From IMG/VR virus record IMGVR_UViG_3300030060_004796, positions 32,001 through 96,000 of that record: DNA of 64,000 nt. One strand, given 5' to 3'. The DNA is from a virus. Positions 58,020-64,000 of the stretch are shown piece by piece. Position numbers and translations under genes: made by a program. How positions within the stretch are numbered: position 1 is the stretch's first letter; every line of letters starts with the position of its first letter. The notes under the pieces were generated by a model. It was not told the DNA's origin and searched no databases. It worked only from the letters and a program-made list of their open reading frames with translations.

Positions 58020-58407
58020 CTTTAATTTGTTCTGAAAAAATTTCTAAAGCTTTTCTATTTTCATCATAATGATAGTCTTCTATATGTCTTTGTGAATGAT
58101 CTATTGTTACATCTCCATTTTCAACATTAATAGTAAGACATCCATAACCACCTTCATTATTTACCCAATCCCATTCAATAACTGAAGAAAGTAATTCATA
58201 TATATAATCATCAAATGCATCAGCAAAAGATGTAACAGATATATCATGGCTATATCTTTCTTCACCGTTTTGATCTATTGTATATACACCCCAATTATCT
58301 ATACATCCATCATCTCCACCACCACTATAAGATATTTCAAGTTTGCTTACGTTTAGATCTCTTAGCTTTTTTAATTCTAGTTTTTGTTTTATTGTCAGAT
58401 TTTCCAT
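57997..58407 (-). CDS. DUF6878-like protein
   Basis: ISYSGGGDDG...WVNNEGGYG; adjacent to the DUF6915-like gene. Confidence 0.65.
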   Translation of the reverse strand: MENLTIKQKLELKKLRDLNVSKLEISYSGGGDDGCIDNWGVYTIDQNGEERYSHDISVTSFADAFDDYIYELLSSVIEWDWVNNEGGYGCLTINVENGDVTIDHSQRHIEDYHYDENRKALEIFSEQIKDGSPVTT

Positions 58408-58771
58408 TTTTTAAAATTTTAATTTCTACACCTGGTTTCTCCTTATTATACTCATAAGGTTCAAAATGAGGAATAATATATGTCATATTATCATCCTCAA
58501 TCCAACCGTGTTTCACCATATCATCCTGTACAGTTTGTGCAGGGTTTATATAGTCAAATTTATGTCTACTTCCTCTGAAAAATTTAAAAGATATTATAAC
58601 AGGTAGGTCATATTTGACCAATTCTTTCTTAAAAGAAGCAGCCAGCTTCTTGTAGATTTTAGTAGTATCCTTACGATACTTCATTACAGTCTTGCTTGAA
58701 ATCAAATATTTACCTGTCCATCTTTTTCCATTTTTACTACTTGGCACATTGCCCGGTATAAACCATTTCAT
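58337..58771 (-). CDS. RusA-like Holliday junction resolvase
   Basis: IPGNVPSSKNG...DYINPAQTVQD...GWIEDDN. Confidence 0.7.
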   Translation of the reverse strand: MKWFIPGNVPSSKNGKRWTGKYLISSKTVMKYRKDTTKIYKKLAASFKKELVKYDLPVIISFKFFRGSRHKFDYINPAQTVQDDMVKHGWIEDDNMTYIIPHFEPYEYNKEKPGVEIKILKNGKSDNKTKTRIKKAKRSKRKQT

Positions 58772-59745
58772 GATCTTAAAGTTTTAATTAATAACTCTTT
58801 TAATTCATGATGCACTTTATCAAAGCCATAATCACTTACAGCATCTGATATATCTTTACTTAAAGTTAGGTGACAACCATCAATATTAAACATTTGTTTA
58901 TATTTATCTATTGCGTTGACTCCTGCTGCATCATTATCAAACAAAGTTATAACTTTTTTGTATTTAGACTTAAGATTTTCAATTATATATGGTTTAATTA
59001 CAGTATTTTCTGAGTCAGGTGCAATAACTTCTACATTGTATCCAAATGATTTTAGACACATTGCATCTTTTAATGAAGAACATATAACAAGATATGGTTC
59101 ATTATATTGTAACTGATCAAATCCCTGTAGATGAGCTTTTACCTTGATGAATTTATATTTTTTTTGACTTGGTTGATATATTTTATAAATATTATCATCT
59201 TTATCAAAGTATCCATATAATTTAGGCTGTTCAATCTTAATAGATTTAAGACCCTCATCATCTTCTTTAGACATTTTATAGTATTCTAAAGGTTTTACAT
59301 TATACTTAGTAAGCATCTTTTTGCCAATATTAAACTTTAACCAAAATACTTGGTCAAGTCTATTCCACTCCCGTGGATGACAATAATCTACTTTATACTT
59401 AGCATGATTTTTAACCTCTATAGAATACTTACCCTCTTCTAGAGTAAACTTATTGTAATCATTTATTATTTTAAATATTGCTTTTGAGAAGTCTAAATTA
59501 AACAACTCCTTCACAAGATCTATTTTATTACCATAGTTTCCAGTAGAAAAATCTTTATACTTATATTCCCTTGTTCCATTGTCTACAAATACCCACATAC
59601 TAGGTGTTCTCTCACCCGGATTAAAAATAGAATGTATTCTAACATTCTGTCCTGTTAATCTTTCTGGTAGATCTAAATAGTATTGGAATACCCAAGCACT
59701 AGGAACATTATTCTCATCAAGTTCTAAGTTCTTTGTACTTATCAT
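58768..59745 (-). CDS. DNA primase (Toprim)
   Basis: ERTPS...YKYKDFSTG, LVICSSLKDAM, LFDNDAAG, KDISD. Confidence 0.8.
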   Translation of the reverse strand: MISTKNLELDENNVPSAWVFQYYLDLPERLTGQNVRIHSIFNPGERTPSMWVFVDNGTREYKYKDFSTGNYGNKIDLVKELFNLDFSKAIFKIINDYNKFTLEEGKYSIEVKNHAKYKVDYCHPREWNRLDQVFWLKFNIGKKMLTKYNVKPLEYYKMSKEDDEGLKSIKIEQPKLYGYFDKDDNIYKIYQPSQKKYKFIKVKAHLQGFDQLQYNEPYLVICSSLKDAMCLKSFGYNVEVIAPDSENTVIKPYIIENLKSKYKKVITLFDNDAAGVNAIDKYKQMFNIDGCHLTLSKDISDAVSDYGFDKVHHELKELLIKTLRS

Positions 59746-59752
59746 AATAAAT

Positions 59753-59773
59753 GAGGGGGCATTACACCCCCTC
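59753..59773 (-). terminator. Hairpin terminator after the SSB gene
   Basis: GAGGGGG / CCCCCTC stem, followed on - by ATTTATT. Confidence 0.6.
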
Positions 59774-59779
59774 TATTAT

Positions 59780-60487
59780 TTATAGTTCAAAGTCAGAACC
59801 ACTTCCAGTTGTTCCTTCAAATGAAGAATCAGCTTTTGGCTCTTCTTTTCTAACTAAAGCTTTAACATGTGTATTCTTATCAAAAGTCATTAATCTAGAT
59901 TTTGTAGCATCTACATCAATTGCTTCAACAGGAACACCATCTTTAGATACTCTTGGTAAGTAAAGGTCATTATTAATATAACCTTGATTACTTTCCCATT
60001 CTCTTGATCCTACACAAGCATTAAAGAATTCAGTGTTACTAAATACCTTAGCAACTTGATTCATAAAATCTTCAATTGTGTCAGCCTCAATAGCATCTAA
60101 TTGATCTCTTTTACCTAATTGCTCAGATAAGAAAATCATAGATTTTAAAACTTCTTGATCTCTATTTACTTCTCTCCCGCTTGGAAGTGTAGCATCTTTA
60201 TAAGGATAAGGAGTCATTCTAACTCTACCAACTTGACCTTCATATCTACCTTTAGATTGATCATTCATGTCTTTATAGAAACCTTCAAATTCACCTTCTA
60301 CAGGCTCAGTTTCTACATGTAACATGATATTATACGCTTCAGAATCATAAGGAGTTTTGTCAAATGTTACAGAGTTAATTCTGATTACATTATTCCCTGG
60401 TCCCATCACTGGTTTCGGTCTACCACTTCCTGCAGACATGTCTTTTGTGTTAAACATAGCTTTTGTTTTTAAATTTAATTCACTCAT
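59780..60487 (-). CDS. Putative single-stranded DNA-binding protein
   Basis: Position between Sak4-like ATPase and primase, beta-rich, acidic/aromatic tail SGSDFEL, followed by a terminator. Confidence 0.5.
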   Translation of the reverse strand: MSELNLKTKAMFNTKDMSAGSGRPKPVMGPGNNVIRINSVTFDKTPYDSEAYNIMLHVETEPVEGEFEGFYKDMNDQSKGRYEGQVGRVRMTPYPYKDATLPSGREVNRDQEVLKSMIFLSEQLGKRDQLDAIEADTIEDFMNQVAKVFSNTEFFNACVGSREWESNQGYINNDLYLPRVSKDGVPVEAIDVDATKSRLMTFDKNTHVKALVRKEEPKADSSFEGTTGSGSDFEL

Positions 60488-60499
60488 TTCTAATAATTT

Positions 60500-61192
60500 T
60501 TAATTTTCATATTTGATTATACAGTCCTTTACAAACTGTAGATCATTTTGTATAAAGGGAATTTTAAACATTCCCATTGGTGACTTACATGTATTTTCCC
60601 CATTATTGACAGTATCAAATCCATATTCTAAATTGTTTGGATATTCATCCTCTGTCTTTCTTACTCTACCAAATAACACGATAGAAAAGAGTCCTTCCAA
60701 AGTCAAAGTATTATCTATCATTTTACCAATAGTTTTAGCTTTAACTTTTCTATGGCCATTTACATCTGTTGATTCTTCAGAGTGAGTTAAAAAGAATATA
60801 GTTAAATCTTCTCTCATGTCTTTAGGCATCTTAGCAACTTGTGCTAGGTTAGCCGCAATTTGAGTAAATTTATCATAACCCTTTTCACTTGCTCTATCAA
60901 AATATTCAAATGAACTCATATACTGCCAGTCATCAATAACTAATGTCTTGATCTGTGGCATTTTTTCATTAACATGATTCATTGCTTTAATAATTCCAGC
61001 CGCTGAAGAAGTTGAAGTCATGTTACCTTTTGGATTTTCTTTTGAAATGTTTTTGTAATTTCCTTTCCATCCTTTAAACGGTAGTGGTTTATTAGCAATG
61101 TTAATAATGAAAGTCTCTTTTGGATCTAGATTTCTGATTGAGGTAGACTTTCCTGTACCTGAATCTGCAATAATCAATACGCTTTGTGCCAT
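60500..61192 (-). CDS. Sak4-like (AAA_24) ssDNA-annealing ATPase
   Basis: ADSGTGKSTS, LVIDDWQY, GYDKF, LTHSE, KTIGKMID, EGLFSIVL, TCKSP. Confidence 0.8.
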   Translation of the reverse strand: MAQSVLIIADSGTGKSTSIRNLDPKETFIINIANKPLPFKGWKGNYKNISKENPKGNMTSTSSAAGIIKAMNHVNEKMPQIKTLVIDDWQYMSSFEYFDRASEKGYDKFTQIAANLAQVAKMPKDMREDLTIFFLTHSEESTDVNGHRKVKAKTIGKMIDNTLTLEGLFSIVLFGRVRKTEDEYPNNLEYGFDTVNNGENTCKSPMGMFKIPFIQNDLQFVKDCIIKYEN

Positions 61193-61194
61193 TT

Positions 61195-61737
61195 TTATTT
61201 ATTTAATTTATTACTTATACTTAATAGTGCTCTCTCAATTCCTTTTAACACATCTAGCATATCTCTTTCTGTTTCTGGATTAGGTAATGTAAAGTCATCT
61301 ATTTTTAATTGTTTTGATTTTACATCTTCAACTTCAATGATACTTTTATCTCTATCAGTAACATCATTCATTACTTTTAATTCAGATACAGGAATTATGT
61401 GTCTTTCAAATCCTGAGCTACTTGTAATTAATTCATATTCTTCTTTCCAATGAGGATTATGTTTAATTAAATACAAAGTTCTTTTAGGATCTTCTGATTC
61501 ATAGCTTATACTTACAAATTCAGTATAGATGTCTCTTCCCTTTTCTAGCTCACTAGGAAAAAATGAAACATGTAAATCATCTTTACCTGTTGGTCTGTAT
61601 GCCATCTTTGGTATATATAGTGCATTAATTATTCCAGCACTTTGGAAATAATCTTCATGCTCTTCTCTAAGCTCTTTTACTTTTGCTTTACGTTCTGCTG
61701 GAGTCATAATATTACATTTTATTTTAGTATTTATCAT
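61195..61737 (-). CDS. 180-aa hypothetical protein
   Basis: ORF in the replication operon. Confidence 0.65.
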   Translation of the reverse strand: MINTKIKCNIMTPAERKAKVKELREEHEDYFQSAGIINALYIPKMAYRPTGKDDLHVSFFPSELEKGRDIYTEFVSISYESEDPKRTLYLIKHNPHWKEEYELITSSSGFERHIIPVSELKVMNDVTDRDKSIIEVEDVKSKQLKIDDFTLPNPETERDMLDVLKGIERALLSISNKLNK

Positions 61738-61739
61738 AA

Positions 61740-62687
61740 TTATCTTCTTTCTTGTTGAGGAGGGGTGTCCATCTCAACTATTTTCATTTGCTCAAACTGA
61801 GCTTTAAAGAAACTCATCCTAGTATCACCATTTCTTGCTTTAAGAAAATGTAATACTAAAGTTTTGTCATCTTGTATAATATATCTATCAGGTCCATAGA
61901 ATCTAATCTTTTGTTTAGCAGGCCGGTTAATACCAATTAAAGTATCTGCATGCTGTAACATTGCATCTGAACCAAATATATCTGATTCTAATACATAATT
62001 ACCATACTTACCATCCACTGCTCTGTCAGGATTATCTATATTTCTATTTAATTGTGATAAACATATAAACATACAAGGATATTCACGTTTAGATTGTGTA
62101 AAGAATTCACCTAATTCAAATAACATATCTAATCTGTTATTTTGATATGGTGCTCTCTTAACAAGTATACTATGATCCAGAGTTATAATAGTTTTTTGAC
62201 CCTTATGCTCCTCCATATACATATCTATTTGTTCACGCATTTGATTAACTGTCATTGGTGTGCTTATTATATCAACAGGGCTTTTAACTCTATCTTTTGC
62301 ATACATATGACATTTCTCAAATACATTATGCTCTAATACACTTCCTGCACTACACAATTCCTTATATGTTTTACCTGTAATAGAACTAAATTCTCTTAAT
62401 GCTGAGGTTCTACCCACCATTTCAAATTGAAATTCTAAAACTCTATAGTCTTCTGCAGGATTTAATACAAAAGATTCCCTTATAATTTGATCTTTAATTA
62501 ATGTTTTACCTGATCCAGGTCTACCACCAATAACAGTAAGAGTATTCCACTCTAATCCATCTGTTACAGCATCATTAAATTTAGGCCACGGAGTTTGTAT
62601 TGATTTCTCTTTACCACTCTGCCTATCAAGCATGTATTTAAGGGCTTCATTAAAGGATTGATATTGTCCATTCCATGCTTTACTCAT
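61740..62687 (-). CDS. dnaB: DnaB-like replicative helicase (ATPase domain only)
   Basis: GGRPGSGKT, FEM, ITLDH, LSQLNR, DIFGSD..LQHAD, LKARNG. Confidence 0.85.
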   Translation of the reverse strand: MSKAWNGQYQSFNEALKYMLDRQSGKEKSIQTPWPKFNDAVTDGLEWNTLTVIGGRPGSGKTLIKDQIIRESFVLNPAEDYRVLEFQFEMVGRTSALREFSSITGKTYKELCSAGSVLEHNVFEKCHMYAKDRVKSPVDIISTPMTVNQMREQIDMYMEEHKGQKTIITLDHSILVKRAPYQNNRLDMLFELGEFFTQSKREYPCMFICLSQLNRNIDNPDRAVDGKYGNYVLESDIFGSDAMLQHADTLIGINRPAKQKIRFYGPDRYIIQDDKTLVLHFLKARNGDTRMSFFKAQFEQMKIVEMDTPPQQERR

Positions 62688-63268
62688 ACTACTTTTTCTT
62701 TAAAATGACTATCTTCTGGTTCAACACCATCTCTAATCATATCACAGTAATCTGCTAAGTCTGAGGATTTAACTTTATTCTTTCCTTCTTTTGCTATAAA
62801 ATATTGACTTGTTTTCATATACATATATTCTCTATCTCTATATTCATTAACATACATTTTTGTTGCATCAATAACTTCATCCCAACTAAAGTCATAATTT
62901 TCAAAGAACCATCTAAACGAGTTCTCTAGTGTTTTGATATTTACTCTTGCTGGTTTACCACTTGGTAATTTACCTGCAGGAAACACTTCTCTATATTCAT
63001 TTAATCTGCTAGCAAAGCTTTTACCCATTAATTGGATACTTGTTCTTTTCTTTGCTTTAATAAAATAATTTTCAAATCTTATTATTATTTTCTTTCCCTT
63101 GACAGTTAGAGATCCATCAGATTCAAGCATTCCAATTTGCTTTAACTGATTAACTTCATCTTTGTTATTTGGCAACGGTAATGATAGACTCTTCTTTATC
63201 CCGTAGAGCACTAAGAATTGATTTGGTGTCATCTTTTCCTTCAATATCTGCTGAAATAATTCCCACAT
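62684..63268 (-). CDS. 194-aa hypothetical protein, possibly a helicase loader/initiator (wHTH-like N-terminus)
   Basis: Overlaps the helicase start; LKQIGML...LTVKG; YMKTSQYFI. Confidence 0.5.
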   Translation of the reverse strand: MWELFQQILKEKMTPNQFLVLYGIKKSLSLPLPNNKDEVNQLKQIGMLESDGSLTVKGKKIIIRFENYFIKAKKRTSIQLMGKSFASRLNEYREVFPAGKLPSGKPARVNIKTLENSFRWFFENYDFSWDEVIDATKMYVNEYRDREYMYMKTSQYFIAKEGKNKVKSSDLADYCDMIRDGVEPEDSHFKEKVV

Positions 63269-63677
63269 ATTCTTTTATTTTTTTTATTACTAATTTATAT
63301 GCTTCAGTCATATCTCTTTCACCATATCCCAATAGATTTTCTACTGTCTTATGCCTATGTATAACTGTTGCGTGATCTCTTCCTACAGATCTACCTACAT
63401 AGGATTTACTATATCCTAGCTCTACACCTAAATATGAATGTATTTGCATCCATAATAATATTGATCTCCTTCTTGTTTTCACATTTTTAAATGCTTTAAC
63501 ATGTTGAAATTCTGGGTGTTTTATATACATTGCGTCTATTATTAGTGACTCTAACACTTTTAATTTGCAACCATTTACTTGAAGAGTATTTACATCTTCA
63601 TCTATTATAACTACTTGAATTTTTTTATCATATTCATCTTTAATTTCTTTGATGAATGAGTGAATTTTTTCTTTCAT
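63165..63677 (-). CDS. DnaA C-terminal (domain IV)-like HTH protein
   Basis: SYVGRSVGRDHATVIH matches the DnaA signature IG..FGGRDHTTVIH. Confidence 0.75.
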   Translation of the reverse strand: MKEKIHSFIKEIKDEYDKKIQVVIIDEDVNTLQVNGCKLKVLESLIIDAMYIKHPEFQHVKAFKNVKTRRRSILLWMQIHSYLGVELGYSKSYVGRSVGRDHATVIHRHKTVENLLGYGERDMTEAYKLVIKKIKEYVGIISADIEGKDDTKSILSALRDKEESIITVAK

Positions 63678-63699
63678 GTTTTGGTTTTAAAATAGTTTA

Positions 63700-63707
63700 C
63701 AAATATA
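63700..63707 (-). promoter_or_regulatory. Bacteroidota -7 element TATATTTG
   Basis: TAnnTTTG about 22 nt upstream of the 63677 start. Confidence 0.6.
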
Positions 63708-63713
63708 AGAAAA

Positions 63714-63875
63714 TTATCTTTTTTTTCTATGTTTTCCAGCTAAAAAATCATCCATATCTATATAATATTCTTTCTCTAATTTTTTAAGATAATCTTTTTG
63801 TTTATATTCTTCAATGAAGTTTTTTACTAATGCTTTTCTTTCAGCATTTTTTGTTTTTTTATTTTTGTCAGTCAT
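63714..63875 (-). CDS. 53-aa basic hypothetical protein (not in the ORF track)
   Basis: Hand-translated MTDKNKKTKNAERKALVKNFIEEYKQKDYLKKLEKEYYRYMDDFLAGKHRKKR. Confidence 0.5.
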   Translation of the reverse strand: MTDKNKKTKNAERKALVKNFIEEYKQKDYLKKLEKEYYIDMDDFLAGKHRKKR

Positions 63876-63889
63876 TTGATTTATTTTTA

Positions 63890-63897
63890 TATATTTG
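63890..63897 (+). promoter_or_regulatory. Bacteroidota -7 element TATATTTG for a divergent + strand gene
   Basis: TAnnTTTG 4 nt before ATG 63902, the same geometry as 6009. Confidence 0.5.
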
Positions 63898-63901
63898 CAT
63901 T

Positions 63902-64000
63902 ATGATTATAACAGAAGATTATAAAATTATTTTAACGGTACCCTCATTTCAAAAGTATAAGGTTAATATTAGACCTGAATTATTAAAATTTTTAAATTAT
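63902..64000 (+). CDS. Start of a + strand ORF running off the window
   Basis: MIITEDYKIILTVPSFQKYKVNIRPELLKFLNY... with no stop. Confidence 0.4.
   Translation, partial: MIITEDYKIILTVPSFQKYKVNIRPELLKFLNY

Larger units (their letters stand above)
1..64000. mobile_element. Fragment of a crAss-like (Crassvirales-related) Bacteroidota phage genome; no host genes or integration boundary visible
   Basis: Giant DFDID-type virion RNAP among giant ejection proteins, PolB/primase/DnaB/SSB/RusA arm, holin, tail fibre; two convergent strand blocks; Bacteroidota promoter and secretion signatures. Confidence 0.9.

Noticed and set aside
31126-62687. Inteins, introns or homing endonucleases in nrdJ, polB or dnaB
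   Set aside because: Protein lengths are compact, motifs are contiguous and there are no splice or LAGLIDADG/HNH signatures
208-63375. Short opposite-strand or alternate-frame ORFs in the track (e.g. 208-393, 1150-1386, 10228-10563, 34127-34516, 55196-55501, 63169-63375)
   Set aside because: Shadows of longer, motif-bearing genes with no independent signal
1-64000. Genome-wide alternative genetic code (TAG=Gln or TGA=Trp), as in some crAss-like phages
   Set aside because: Very long ORFs and conserved enzymes are intact in code 11, and TAG/TGA stops are followed by well-placed new starts
63660-64000. DnaA boxes forming an origin near the DnaA-like gene
   Set aside because: No TTATNCACA match was seen by eye in this region
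1-64000. Prophage boundary or integrase
   Set aside because: No integrase, att-like repeat or host housekeeping genes in the window

Overview
The whole window is a fragment of a large, AT-rich (roughly 30% GC, estimated by eye) dsDNA phage related to Crassvirales/phi14:2. Its host is almost certainly a Bacteroidota (Flavobacteriales-type) cell: there are TAnnTTTG promoters, SD-less A-rich leaders, Gln at +1 after signal peptides and a T9SS C-terminal domain. The + strand from 1 to 45.4 kb carries four giant putative ejected/cargo proteins (1842, 1138, 5193 and 1850 aa). The 5193-aa protein is the virion RNA polymerase (RIPSQ and DFDID motifs plus a zincin HExxH). These are followed by a SET-domain gene, an inverted class II RNR cassette, many small basic or membrane proteins, four paralogous beta-rich proteins, a host-envelope trio (secreted CxxC-less thioredoxin fold, Cys-repeat T9SS cargo, outer-membrane beta-barrel), a 3TM holin, a tail fibre and a LamG protein. 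The - strand from 45.4 to 63.9 kb is a DNA metabolism/replication arm: DUF1599-like protein, 2OG-Fe(II) oxygenase, SPL-like radical SAM, DUF932, PolB, PD-(D/E)xK exonuclease, a MoxR-AAA/VWA-peptidase module, RusA, primase, SSB, Sak4-like ATPase, DnaB helicase and a DnaA-domain-IV protein. No capsid, portal, terminase, integrase, tRNA or CRISPR array was seen. Three observations stand out. (1) A phage-encoded T9SS cargo + OM barrel + periplasmic thioredoxin-fold operon. (2) An ejected polyprotein segmented by [K/R]xGG..LPKAQ junctions, two of which directly follow barrel-like domains ending in a beta-signal. (3) A family of small basic proteins sharing KxGG and C-terminal GPNxxL motifs, in a genome that also encodes a SET methyltransferase. 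All family names are from motif recognition, not database searches.
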